Shown here: positions 9,343 to 18,637 of the stretch, in pieces
Layout: each line of letters starts with the position of its first letter
How positions within the stretch are numbered: the first letter of the stretch is position 1
From: an uncultured Gammaproteobacteria bacterium
GTDB taxonomy: Bacteria; Patescibacteriota; Microgenomatia; Levybacterales; GWA1-39-11
Direction: 5' to 3'
Length of the DNA stretch: 64,000 nt
NCBI GenBank assembly: GCA_964485575.1
Contig: CAZAJO010000005.1
Location: forward strand, 1,389 to 65,388
Translations under genes and position numbers: made by a program
The notes under the pieces: generated by a model
The model's database searches: none
What the model saw: only the letters and a program-made list of their open reading frames with translations
Told to the model about the DNA's origin: nothing

Positions 9343-10560
9343 TTTTAACATCTCTTTCACCACTTCTTGGTCGCTCCAGGCAACCTCCCCACTACCATAA
9401 TTCATTGATTTTTCGTGCCCCTTACCTGTAATTATCACTGAATCCTTTTGTCCGGCAATTGATATGGCAAATTCGATAGCTTTTTTCCGGTCGTCTATCT
9501 CATATACTGTTTTTCCTTCTAAGTGACCTTCTTCAGTTTCATTCAGAAATTCGTTACTAATGCCATCCTTTATTTGCCTATTTATATCCTCAACTTTTTC
9601 AGACCGGGGATCCTCAGACGTCAAAATAATGATGTCATCATAAAATGAGGCGACTTTGCCCATCTCAGGTCTTTTTCCACTGTCCCGAAGCCCGGCAGCA
9701 CCAAAGACATGGATAAGCTTTCCCTCGGTTCTTTTGCGTATTTCAGGCAAAATATTTTCAAATGAATTTGCGGTATGCGCAAAATCAACCATAATAAGAG
9801 GTCCTTTTGAGCTACCTATGACTTCTTGTCTACCATTTGGAGCTTCAAAGCTTTGGACAGCACTATCAATCGTCAATGGATCTATCCCAAGAGCAATGCA
9901 TGCAGCAGCGGACGCAATAATATTTTCAAGATTAAAGTCTCCGATAAGGTTTGTCTTTATCTGAAAGGGTAGATTGATCATTGAAAGATCATCGTCATTA
10001 TTGCCATGAAGCGAATAACTGATCATCTTTTCTTTTGGAAGTACTTTTTGGACTTCAGAAAACCACTGACCATTACTGTTGACTATCGCAAGATCAGATC
10101 TTTTAAGAAGTCTTAACTTTGTCCGAACATAATTCATGTAGTCTTTGTGATAATCCAAATGCTCGTGAGTAATATTTGTCAGAACCCCTATATTAAATTT
10201 CACTCCCCATACCCTATTTTGATCAAGAGCGTGAGACGTCACTTCAAGTACGATATGGGTGCATCCCATCTTTTTTGCGAGGCGGATATATTTTTGAATA
10301 GCAAATGGAGAAGGGGTCGTTACATGAAACCCGGTGTCGTATGCCTTCCCATCTATTATCGCTCCTATTGTTGAGATAACAGCAGCTTTTTTCCCCGCAG
10401 TACGCAAAATATGATAAATCAGATTTGAAGTAGTCGTCTTTCCATCTGTTCCCGTGACACCTATTACCGTAAGGCCCTTTGAGGGAAACCTGTTATAAAT
10501 GGTTGCTGTCAAAGCTTGTGCCAGGTGTCCCGTATTTTTTATTTTTCTGATGGTGGACAT
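9337..10560 (-). CDS. murE: UDP-N-acetylmuramoyl-tripeptide ligase MurE-like Mur ligase
   Basis: VIGVTGTDGKTTT P-loop, a VDFAHT motif and Mur ligase domain order. Assignment as MurE rather than MurF rests on the position and the DxAH motif, so it is inference. Confidence 0.7.
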   Translation of the reverse strand: MSTIRKIKNTGHLAQALTATIYNRFPSKGLTVIGVTGTDGKTTTSNLIYHILRTAGKKAAVISTIGAIIDGKAYDTGFHVTTPSPFAIQKYIRLAKKMGCTHIVLEVTSHALDQNRVWGVKFNIGVLTNITHEHLDYHKDYMNYVRTKLRLLKRSDLAIVNSNGQWFSEVQKVLPKEKMISYSLHGNNDDDLSMINLPFQIKTNLIGDFNLENIIASAAACIALGIDPLTIDSAVQSFEAPNGRQEVIGSSKGPLIMVDFAHTANSFENILPEIRKRTEGKLIHVFGAAGLRDSGKRPEMGKVASFYDDIIILTSEDPRSEKVEDINRQIKDGISNEFLNETEEGHLEGKTVYEIDDRKKAIEFAISIAGQKDSVIITGKGHEKSMNYGSGEVAWSDQEVVKEMLKG

Positions 10561-10579
10561 GTTTTAATTATACTAGTTC

Positions 10580-12265
10580 TCACTTGGATGGCTCAATGTT
10601 GTAGTACTGGATGATATCCCGGGCTATGGCAAAGAATGTTGGCGCTGCGGTCTCTGCACCATAAATTGAGGATTGAGGTCTGTTGACTATGACAAGCATT
10701 GTGATCTGGGGGTCCTCAGCAGGAAAAAAACCTACAAAGGAAGCGTTTGTGTTGGTGGGATCGTAATGTCCGGCAACCGGGATCTGAGCAGTACCAGTTT
10801 TTCCTGCGATATGATAATTTGGGATTTTCGCAAATTTTGCTTCTCCATTTTCAACAGCATTTACCATCATCCAGGTCATCACTTTTGCGGTGGCACTTGA
10901 AATCACTTGTTTTTCAACCTGTGGCTCAACATTTATGGTCTTGCCATCTGGAGTTAAGATCTTCTCAACAACCATTGGTTTCATCAATTTTCCTCCGTTT
11001 GCGATGGCGTTGACAGAAGCAAGAAGCTGAATTGGGGTTATTGAAATTCCTTGGCCAAAACTTGCAGTCATAAGATCAATATCTTTCCATTTCCTTGGAG
11101 AACGAAGCTCTTCAGTTACTTCTCCTTGGATGTCGATTCCTGTCAGTGTACCTATTCCAAAATTCTTGAGGTAGGTAAGGAACCGGTCTATCCCTAATTT
11201 TTTGGCTACAAATACCATGCCCGTGTTGTCCGAGTGCTGGATCACCTGGGTCATATTTATATTTGGTATATATTCATCATTCCATGTCTTTATCGAAAAT
11301 CCGTCTTGCTCTATAGGACCTGCACAGTCGTCACATCTGGTGTCCGGGGTAACCAATCCACTATCTATTCCTGCTGCCATGACAAGCACTTTAAAGGTAG
11401 AACCGGGCTCGTAAAGGTTTGAGACGATGGGGCTTGTGTAGTATTTACCGTCGTATTCCCAATATTTTTGTGGATCAAATTTTGGATAAGATGAAGCCGC
11501 CAAAACTTTTCCGGTCTTTGTCTGCATGATAATAACTGTCGCCCCCTCTGCCCCATATCTCTCAAGACCCTTTTTGAGCTCAGTATCTGCCATGTATTGG
11601 ATGGAGCGGTCGATGCTTGTGACGAGGTTCCTGCCATCTATCTTTTTGTCCTCACGAATTTCTGTAAGTATAGGATTGCCCACAGCATCTTTTATAAGAT
11701 ACGTACTTCCTGGTCTTCCGCGAAGCTGTCTGTCATAAAATCCCTCTATCCCAAAATATCCTTGATCCTCACCATCCTGATTTTTGCCTACAAACCCTAC
11801 TAAGTGTGCGGCAAGTGATGCCTCGGGATAATTTCTTTCTGTCTGCTGCTCGAACCCTAACGCATTAAGCTTTAGTGCCTCAATCTGCTTCCTTTGGTCG
11901 TATGAAAGTCTGCTTTGAAGACTCACCCAATATAAGTTTTCTGAAAGTCTGGCGGATATTGATGCTGCGTCTACAGCAAGAACAGGAGATAGTAATTTTG
12001 AATATGAATCCGTTGAATCCACTTTTTTTGGATTGGCGTAGAGAAGATAGCTTATCTTGTTTGTGGCCAGTGGAAAGTTGTCATGGAACAAAATGTCTCC
12101 TCTTTTTGCGGTTGTTACAAGTGACAAAGAACTTTGATCGCGTCCAGCAAGGCGCAATCCCTCTGCTTTTACCACCTGCCAGTAAAACAATTTAAATAAT
12201 ATGGCGATGTAAAAAAGGGCAAATGCTAGAAAGATTGTGATGAGACGTTTTTGGTCTCTTTTCAT
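10580..12265 (-). CDS. ftsI: Penicillin-binding protein transpeptidase FtsI (class B PBP)
   Basis: N-terminal TM helix plus the transpeptidase motifs STFK, SDN and KTG. Confidence 0.85.
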   Translation of the reverse strand: MKRDQKRLITIFLAFALFYIAILFKLFYWQVVKAEGLRLAGRDQSSLSLVTTAKRGDILFHDNFPLATNKISYLLYANPKKVDSTDSYSKLLSPVLAVDAASISARLSENLYWVSLQSRLSYDQRKQIEALKLNALGFEQQTERNYPEASLAAHLVGFVGKNQDGEDQGYFGIEGFYDRQLRGRPGSTYLIKDAVGNPILTEIREDKKIDGRNLVTSIDRSIQYMADTELKKGLERYGAEGATVIIMQTKTGKVLAASSYPKFDPQKYWEYDGKYYTSPIVSNLYEPGSTFKVLVMAAGIDSGLVTPDTRCDDCAGPIEQDGFSIKTWNDEYIPNINMTQVIQHSDNTGMVFVAKKLGIDRFLTYLKNFGIGTLTGIDIQGEVTEELRSPRKWKDIDLMTASFGQGISITPIQLLASVNAIANGGKLMKPMVVEKILTPDGKTINVEPQVEKQVISSATAKVMTWMMVNAVENGEAKFAKIPNYHIAGKTGTAQIPVAGHYDPTNTNASFVGFFPAEDPQITMLVIVNRPQSSIYGAETAAPTFFAIARDIIQYYNIEPSK

Positions 12266-12546
12266 TGGTTATAAGAAAGCTTAACCTGACGAAGTGAAAT
12301 ATAACTCTGATTTGATACAAATCCCAACTGAGCGGCTTTTTGCGAAATTGCTTCAAAAGACGTTTGATCAAGTACCTTTGAATTGAGGATTTGGTTCTCT
12401 TCGTCAAGAGCTGCTATTCTTGACTGCAAATTCTTTACAGATACGCTATCTGAAGCGAGTTTGCTTGAAAGATGGATATTGAGGAGTTCTAAACCAACTG
12501 CAGAAACAGCTAATAAAATTACGATAATTGTTAATAATTTGTTCAT
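12262..12546 (-). CDS. FtsL-like small bitopic cell division protein
   Basis: 94 aa with an N-terminal TM helix and a coiled-coil tail, between rsmH and ftsI. Confidence 0.45.
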   Translation of the reverse strand: MNKLLTIIVILLAVSAVGLELLNIHLSSKLASDSVSVKNLQSRIAALDEENQILNSKVLDQTSFEAISQKAAQLGFVSNQSYISLRQVKLSYNQ

Positions 12547-12605
12547 AGTTAGTTTACATAAAACTTCAAACTTAAAACTTTTAATTCTTTTTTAAAGTTT
12601 TTGGT

Positions 12606-13487
12606 TTATATTTTCTCAAAAATTCTCATTTTTGCGCTTCTGGCGCGTTTGTTTCCGGTTACTTCATTGTCATCTGCAACAAGTGGTTTTTTGGTGACGA
12701 CTATTCCCACCCCTTGCCTTTTTAAGGTCTCAAACATCTGCTTGATGACCCTATCTTCGAGTGAATGAAAGCTTATCGCAACAAGTCTAGCCTGTGGTAA
12801 AAGCATTTCAACTGCATCACTCACACCTTTTTTGATGACTCCAATCTCATTGTTGACCTCGATTCTTATTGCTTGAAAGATTTTTGTCGCTGGATGGATA
12901 GGGCCATCCTTATGAGAAATCTTCTCGCATATCTCCTTCAACTCTTTTGTCGTTCTTATCTCAGTTTTTCTCCTTTTCTCAACTATTGCGTCGGCTATCT
13001 CTTTTGCATTGTGCTCTTCACCGTATGTGTAAAAAATTTCAATAAGCTTGTCCTTCGGGTAGGAATTTACTACATCCAAAGCCGAAAGCGTAGCATCCAT
13101 GTCCATCCGCATATCCAACTCTTCATCGCGTCTAATACTAAATCCTCGTCCTGAGTTGTCCAGTTGGTATGACGATACTCCAAAGTCAAAAAGTATCCCG
13201 TCTACCTTCTCAAACCCATTTTCTTTTGCAATTCTTTTGATGTCTTCAAAATTTCCCTTTACAATTTTTAGCTTTTCAGTTTTAAGTTTTTCGTTTTGTG
13301 TTTGTTTAACAAACTCAATTGCGTCTGCGTCTTGGTCAATCCCAAGGACTATTCCTCCTTTTTGAAGAATAAGTCCAGTATGTCCTCCTCCACCCAATGT
13401 CGCGTCTATATAGTGCTTACCATCCGTTACGTTGAGACCATCAACTGCTTCTTCCAAAAGAACCGGTATATGGTTAAATTGCTTCAT
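12606..13487 (-). CDS. rsmH: 16S rRNA (cytosine1402-N4)-methyltransferase RsmH (MraW)
   Basis: HIPVLLEEAVDGL... DATLGGGGHT SAM-binding signature. Confidence 0.9.
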   Translation of the reverse strand: MKQFNHIPVLLEEAVDGLNVTDGKHYIDATLGGGGHTGLILQKGGIVLGIDQDADAIEFVKQTQNEKLKTEKLKIVKGNFEDIKRIAKENGFEKVDGILFDFGVSSYQLDNSGRGFSIRRDEELDMRMDMDATLSALDVVNSYPKDKLIEIFYTYGEEHNAKEIADAIVEKRRKTEIRTTKELKEICEKISHKDGPIHPATKIFQAIRIEVNNEIGVIKKGVSDAVEMLLPQARLVAISFHSLEDRVIKQMFETLKRQGVGIVVTKKPLVADDNEVTGNKRARSAKMRIFEKI

Positions 13488-13938
13488 CTGATTGCTCCTT
13501 CCTCTGAGTCAGACGGTTGTAATGCCTGACTGCAGTTTCCCTGATCTGCATCTCGCGTATCTTTCCATAATTTTGGTAAATTTCCTCGTCCCATAATTCG
13601 ATGCGTGTACCGACACCAACAAAAACTACTTTTGACTTTGTCTCAATATATTCCGCAAGGGCTACCGGCAGAACAAATCTATTTTTTGTGTCCAATGTAA
13701 CTGCGACCGCGCTACCATAGAAAAATCGTTCCAGATCCCGCACTTCAGGCAACAAACTCGAGTTATCTTTCAGGATTTTGGTTATTATTTCTTCTCCAGT
13801 CTCATATGGCAGAACAATCACAGACTTTTCAAACCACTTGGCTAAAAGTAATTTTTGACCTGTAATTCTTTTGAATTTATTTGGGAAGGTCAGCTGATTT
13901 TTGATTGTGAATTTCGATCTATAAAATCCAAGATACAT
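13474..13938 (-). CDS. mraZ: Transcriptional regulator MraZ
   Basis: 154 aa with a duplicated MraZ fold (YRSKFTIKNQLTFPNKF...), as the first gene of the dcw cluster. Confidence 0.8.
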   Translation of the reverse strand: MYLGFYRSKFTIKNQLTFPNKFKRITGQKLLLAKWFEKSVIVLPYETGEEIITKILKDNSSLLPEVRDLERFFYGSAVAVTLDTKNRFVLPVALAEYIETKSKVVFVGVGTRIELWDEEIYQNYGKIREMQIRETAVRHYNRLTQRKEQSDEAI

Positions 13939-14027
13939 TTGCTTATTGTACGCTCAAACCTCGTCAAAATCTATATCCAATTGCATCAACTAGACTACTT
14001 CCTCCTACTTTTTTAAGGTGCTTATTA

Positions 14028-14056
14028 GTTATAGAAGACTTTTCACGGGTTGTCAA
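14028..14056 (-). promoter_or_regulatory. Putative sigma70-type promoter of the mraZ-dcw operon (TTGACA-17-TATAAC)
   Basis: On the minus strand, TTGACA at 14056..14051 and TATAAC at 14033..14028 are separated by 17 nt, about 90 nt upstream of the mraZ ATG. Confidence 0.35.
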
Positions 14057-14168
14057 CACGTAGATGTGCCTATTTTGAGGGGTGAAAACACTATATAGGA
14101 TATTATTTTGTCTGAAGGTGATTCAGATCATTGCATATAAATAAAATGAGGAATATCATGCAGATATC

Positions 14169-15338
14169 ATGAGTATTTTCAAAAAGAAATTATTGATTAT
14201 TTTTACATTCTTAGCTTTATTTACTTTCATTTTTCCCCTATCTAGTTTTGCTTCAGAAAATTTTGTATCAAAAGACAATGTATTCCTACAGAAAGATGAG
14301 ACAGTCAATTCTGATTACTACGCTGCCGGAGGATCTGTTTTTATTGATGGGACTGTTGTTGGAGATGCGTATGTAGCAGGCGGAAATGTTGTCGTAAATG
14401 GACTTATCAACGGAGATCTTCTAACTGCAGGAGGAAATATCAGTATCAATGGACGGGTTACCGGAAATGTAAGGGCTGTTGGGGGACAGGTTGTTGTCAA
14501 CGGACAGGTTGACCGCAACGTGACTGTCGCCGGTGGCTCTGTCTCATTGCAACAGCCAGCAATCGTTAATGGGTCCATAACTGTTGTCGGAGGGAATCTT
14601 CTGATAGCCTCTCCAATTGGCAAAGGCGCGGTTCTTGCCGGAGGACAGGTCAATATAAATAATGTCATTGGTGGAGATGTTAGAGTTAGTGCCGAGCAGT
14701 TGACGGTACTTCAGAACGCAAAGATAAATGGAGGACTTACCTATTGGAGTCCAAATCAAGCTCATATTGTCCAATTCACGGTCAAAAATGGAGTTACTTT
14801 CCACAAAACTGAGCTGAAGGAGAACAACTACCAAAAACCTTCAAGAGAGAAAATCGCTGCAGCCGCTGCTGGCATCGGAGTCTTTTGGATCATAGTTAGC
14901 TTCTGTGCATCCTTCCTGGTTGGTCTTATTCTCCTTCATTTTGTCCCAGTATTTATGAAGGATATAAAGGATACGATCACTACATCACTTCTGAAAAGCA
15001 TGGGTGTTGGATTTATCACAATTCTACTGTTCCCATTTGCTATCGTAGTACTACTTATCACGCTTATAGGTATTCCTTTTGCAGCACTCTTAGGGGTAGC
15101 ATTTGTGCTCGTTGCACTACTCAATCAGATATTTATCGCATACGCTCTTGGCAAAAAACTTCTTCCAACTGGAAATGCACTTTCACTTTTTGCAGGCTTG
15201 GTGGTCTATAGTGTGGTCAGTTGGATTCCGGTCATCGGGTGGATGTTCAATGCCCTTGCTCTCTTTGTCGGCATGGGAGCTTTGGTCCAGGTCAAAAAGA
15301 AATTATACGATTCACTCCGAACAAAAAAACTCATCTAG
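14169..15338 (+). CDS. Signal-peptide protein with bactofilin/CcmA-like beta-helix repeats and a C-terminal multi-TM anchor
   Basis: The N-terminal signal peptide is followed by many GGxVxVNGxV repeats, then 4-5 hydrophobic helices at the C-terminus. Confidence 0.55.
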   Translation: MSIFKKKLLIIFTFLALFTFIFPLSSFASENFVSKDNVFLQKDETVNSDYYAAGGSVFIDGTVVGDAYVAGGNVVVNGLINGDLLTAGGNISINGRVTGNVRAVGGQVVVNGQVDRNVTVAGGSVSLQQPAIVNGSITVVGGNLLIASPIGKGAVLAGGQVNINNVIGGDVRVSAEQLTVLQNAKINGGLTYWSPNQAHIVQFTVKNGVTFHKTELKENNYQKPSREKIAAAAAGIGVFWIIVSFCASFLVGLILLHFVPVFMKDIKDTITTSLLKSMGVGFITILLFPFAIVVLLITLIGIPFAALLGVAFVLVALLNQIFIAYALGKKLLPTGNALSLFAGLVVYSVVSWIPVIGWMFNALALFVGMGALVQVKKKLYDSLRTKKLI

Positions 15339-15427
15339 AGATTACTCTTCTTCTTTTTCCATTGGGGCAATGAGGGTGCAATATGCATTCCTTCCTAGCA
15401 TTAATTTAAGTATGTTAGTATGTAAAG

Positions 15428-15976
15428 GTGACCTCAGTTTCACTAATTATAAAGAAGATACTACCAATCGTTTCCATATCAGTAATTGCCTTGTTGATAT
15501 TTTACTTTGTAACACCGCATGAATATAAAAATCCAAAAATTGGCAAAATAACAGTCGCAAATAGCTATGGTAATCAGGGAGTTTATCTCTCATTTAGTGT
15601 TGGTATTTCGTGTTCTCATGCTTTAAAAAATCCATTAACCGCAGAAGTTAGGTTCATAGATGACACGACATCTATTTCTGATATCAAATACACATTAATC
15701 CCAGTGAGTCGATATGGATGTGACTACGCAGAACCTATCAGTTTTCATACACTGATTCCATATGACCTTTTTACTTATGATCCATCACGCAACCAAAAAG
15801 TAATTATAAGTAGTGGAAATGAAAAGTTAAAAATGTATATCCAGCACGACCCAAGAACACGATTGGTAATAGTCACAAACACTACTCCAGATAAATACAC
15901 GTTACAATCAGAATCAACATCGTTTACGGAATCTTCAAGTTACAGAGTCATTGTAAATAACGTCTTCGGTAAATAA
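15428..15976 (+). CDS. Hypothetical protein with N-terminal TM helix
   Basis: 182-aa ORF with coding-like composition and no recognisable motif. Confidence 0.35.
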   Translation: MTSVSLIIKKILPIVSISVIALLIFYFVTPHEYKNPKIGKITVANSYGNQGVYLSFSVGISCSHALKNPLTAEVRFIDDTTSISDIKYTLIPVSRYGCDYAEPISFHTLIPYDLFTYDPSRNQKVIISSGNEKLKMYIQHDPRTRLVIVTNTTPDKYTLQSESTSFTESSSYRVIVNNVFGK

Positions 15977-16002
15977 CTTTTCTCTTGTGGTAAAATCGTC
16001 CC

Positions 16003-16437
16003 ATGGCTTTTGAACAGAGACCGCGGACTGTAAGTGAAGGATTTGAAGAAGCTTCTGAATATCTACTTCACACTGAGCATGACCTGGAAGCCCAAGCATT
16101 GTTTGTCAGACAAGCAAAGAAAGAACACTGTCTTTTCGCTAATAAAGAGGTTTTTACTGATTTTGGTGAGTATGACCTGAATGGCTTGGAGTGGGTATGG
16201 CTAAAATATGGCACTTCTGGGGTTGCTCGCTTTTTTAAGGGACATGCATTTGAAGAAAATTTATATGCGCTGCAAAGAGGTGATGAGATAGAGATATTGA
16301 GAGATGTTGATGAAAAATTTCTTCCTGGAAATGCGGGGCTTCAATATATGGTTGCACAAATCAGCTCATCAAGAGGTATCATCTATCAGTCTCCAGGATT
16401 TACTATGCCAGACTCTATTGAGGGTCCAATTTCGTGA
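16003..16437 (+). CDS. Hypothetical protein
   Basis: 144-aa ORF followed by a hairpin and T-run terminator. Confidence 0.4.
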   Translation: MAFEQRPRTVSEGFEEASEYLLHTEHDLEAQALFVRQAKKEHCLFANKEVFTDFGEYDLNGLEWVWLKYGTSGVARFFKGHAFEENLYALQRGDEIEILRDVDEKFLPGNAGLQYMVAQISSSRGIIYQSPGFTMPDSIEGPIS

Positions 16438-16446
16438 TAAATTCGT

Positions 16447-16479
16447 GCTCCTGAGGTCAGGAGCAGTGGGCTACTTTTT
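16447..16479 (+). terminator. Intrinsic terminator-like hairpin (GCTCCTG-AGGT-CAGGAGC) followed by a T-run
   Basis: A perfect 7-bp GC-rich stem at 16447..16464 is followed by CTTTTTAT. It lies 10 nt after the stop of the 16003..16437 gene and between convergent genes. Confidence 0.5.
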
Positions 16480-16821
16480 ATGACCAAAAATCAATTTGAG
16501 GTCAATTCCATTATCCTTTGCCCATGACTGTAATTCAGTCATCTCTTTTTCTCGCTTGTCCTTCCAGTCCGACTTCAATTGCTGCTTTTTCTCAAAAAGT
16601 GATTTGAATTTATCTTCAATCAACTTTTTTTGATCTGCAGTAATTTTACCTTGAGTAACAAGTGCAGATAGCCTTGTCTCAAGGTGCGTCTGGTGTTTTT
16701 GAGGGGAAACTTTGGAAAAATGCATACCCATCTTGCCAGGCCCATGTGCCATGGCTGGGGTTACAGTTAGCATGCTTCCCAGTGACAGAAATGTCACTGC
16801 TGAAATTATGTATTTTTTCAT
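16471..16821 (-). CDS. Small secreted protein (signal peptide, Lys/Glu-rich helical)
   Basis: 116 aa starting MKKYIISAVTFLSLGSMLTVTPAMA (signal peptide), then a charged helical region. Confidence 0.45.
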   Translation of the reverse strand: MKKYIISAVTFLSLGSMLTVTPAMAHGPGKMGMHFSKVSPQKHQTHLETRLSALVTQGKITADQKKLIEDKFKSLFEKKQQLKSDWKDKREKEMTELQSWAKDNGIDLKLIFGHKK

Positions 16822-16885
16822 ATATCACCTCCTCTCAAAAATCAGTTTGTCACACAAAACTTAAAATTAACTGATATTGAAATTG

Positions 16886-17386
16886 TTAGATGATGGGACA
16901 CATCGCAAAAGCGTGGACGTGGACTAGGGCAGAGTCAAAATGGATAGTCTCAACTCCAGTTACTGTCCCACTTTCTTCAAATTTGTCAGTAACTTTATAC
17001 GCATATTGCCATTTGTCATCCGGCTCAGGGGTGCAGTCCTCAAAAAGTCTAGTTCTTTCCCCCAATTCACCAAGTTTTTCAACGAGATAGTCACTCACAG
17101 CATTTTCATTAAGGCCGAAACCTTCAAGAACTTGAATGTCTGGAGCTCCACCGGCATAGACTCGAGTGTATTTTTGGTCACCAACAACTAGAACTTCTTG
17201 CCCTGCCCCTGTTCTTTTTCCCGTGACCCACTCATCGTGATACTCTCCACCCTCTATTTTCACATGACTCGCCTTCCCATCAACTATCCCTCCCCTTTTC
17301 ATAGCATGGATATGACCATCTCCAGCGTACCCGCCAAGAAGACCTTGCGTTAATCCATTTGCAATTAATTTCTCTGTATCCTTCAT
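16886..17386 (-). CDS. Hypothetical protein
   Basis: 166-aa ORF with slightly higher GC than its neighbours and no recognisable motif. Confidence 0.4.
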   Translation of the reverse strand: MKDTEKLIANGLTQGLLGGYAGDGHIHAMKRGGIVDGKASHVKIEGGEYHDEWVTGKRTGAGQEVLVVGDQKYTRVYAGGAPDIQVLEGFGLNENAVSDYLVEKLGELGERTRLFEDCTPEPDDKWQYAYKVTDKFEESGTVTGVETIHFDSALVHVHAFAMCPII

Positions 17387-17505
17387 AAAGGTATTTTAGT
17401 ACTAAAGAATCTCGAAATCCACATTTCCTAAATAAATTTATCTTATAGTTTGATTTGAACCTAGATTGTTGTTATAATTCCGTCAGTCTAGCTCAGGAGT
17501 AGAAC

Positions 17506-17859
17506 TTGTCAGGAAAGATTTACGTGGGTACCAGAGATGGTGCCTGGGTTGTAGGAGTGACGGTCGATGGCCAGAAACTCTTCAACTACGACAAGCACGG
17601 CGACCCCGACAACGGGTTCGAATGGGGATACGGAGGAGGCGGGCCTTTCGCCCTGTCCCTCTCCATCCTCTCCGATCACTACGACGTTGAACAAGGTGCA
17701 GACCCATTTGCGCACGACAGCCATCTGTACATCAAGGCGCAGCAGTTCAAGGAAGAAGTGATCTCCCAGCTCCCGCACAACGCGGGGTTCACTCTCACGA
17801 GTGAGCAGGTAGCCGAATGGATCGCGGACAAAGAGCCCGCTAGCAGGACTCGAACGTAA
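17506..17859 (+). CDS. Hypothetical protein encoded in a high-GC foreign segment (TTG start preceded by AGGAG)
   Basis: 117 codons with strong GC3 bias (aac tac gac aag cac ggc gac ccc...) in an otherwise AT-rich genome. AGGAG sits 7 nt upstream of the TTG start. The gene ends 4 nt before a 13-bp GNRA-capped hairpin. Confidence 0.55.
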   Translation: MSGKIYVGTRDGAWVVGVTVDGQKLFNYDKHGDPDNGFEWGYGGGGPFALSLSILSDHYDVEQGADPFAHDSHLYIKAQQFKEEVISQLPHNAGFTLTSEQVAEWIADKEPASRTRT

Positions 17860-17990
17860 CGACCCTACGGTGACATCCGCCCTTCGGAGCCGCAAGGCTT
17901 CGAAGGGCACCACCCAAAAATCCAGAAATTTTAGAAAAACCCAAATCCTCTGGCAAAAGCCCACTCCCGAAAAACCGTAAGTGCGAGCAG

Positions 17991-18596
17991 GTGTATACTC
18001 AATTTGTGAGAAATATTGAGGAAAATATCATCATGCATCTTAAGGCGTTTTTCTTTCCTCTTCTTTTTAAATTTGTCAAAACAGAAAATTTCTTGGAATA
18101 CCACATAGGTAATTTTTTTGATCGACCGAAAAAGAGAAAAAACACAGAAACCGATGAGCAGTATCTTGGAAGACTTACGCCTAGTCAAGCCGTTAGAATT
18201 TCTCAATACAATTACAATAAATGGTATTACAATAATGCTTCGTATCATGTCGTTCCACCTGATTTGAGCAATTGGGAAGAAGAAAGCAGAAAGACTCTTG
18301 AAAAGCTATTGGATGCACTATTTCTTATTGAGGAGCAATGGAAAGATCTTTATAGAAAATCACTTGATAGAAAAATTGTTGAACTAAAAAAGCCCAAAAA
18401 GAATAAAGGTCTTGAAATCAAAAGCACAATCCTGACTTTTTTACTTGGATGGGTGTTTATATTTATTGGAGGAATAATAATCATGTTTGTTGTGATGGGA
18501 TTTAACCACCTACTTCTTGCCCTTCACATCCCCATCATAAAAGAAGTACCAATTTTTGGTACAAAAATGGAAATCCCTCCCCCACCTAAAAGATAA
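17991..18596 (+). CDS. Hypothetical membrane-anchored protein
   Basis: 201 aa with a C-terminal TM helix and a Pro-rich tail. Confidence 0.4.
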   Translation: MYTQFVRNIEENIIMHLKAFFFPLLFKFVKTENFLEYHIGNFFDRPKKRKNTETDEQYLGRLTPSQAVRISQYNYNKWYYNNASYHVVPPDLSNWEEESRKTLEKLLDALFLIEEQWKDLYRKSLDRKIVELKKPKKNKGLEIKSTILTFLLGWVFIFIGGIIIMFVVMGFNHLLLALHIPIIKEVPIFGTKMEIPPPPKR

Positions 18597-18637
18597 AATT
18601 GGAGATCAATCGGAAAATTTGAAAAAAAAAGAATAAT

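Noticed and set aside
17840-17905. tRNA-like feel of the ...GCAGGACTCGAAC... and ...GGGCACCA segment, possibly a tRNA or tmRNA 3' end serving as an integration site
   Set aside because: I could not build a cloverleaf from it, because there is no T-arm with a 5-bp stem around a TTCGA loop and no acceptor-stem partner. The CCA-like end belongs to the 13-bp GNRA hairpin. I treated the segment as a hairpin, not a tRNA.
17509-17964. 151-aa minus-strand ORF overlapping the high-GC 17506..17859 gene
   Set aside because: It is a shadow ORF of the kind created when high GC suppresses stop codons. Its product is low-complexity (RLRRADV..., VVVEEF...) and lacks the codon-position GC3 bias that the plus-strand frame shows.
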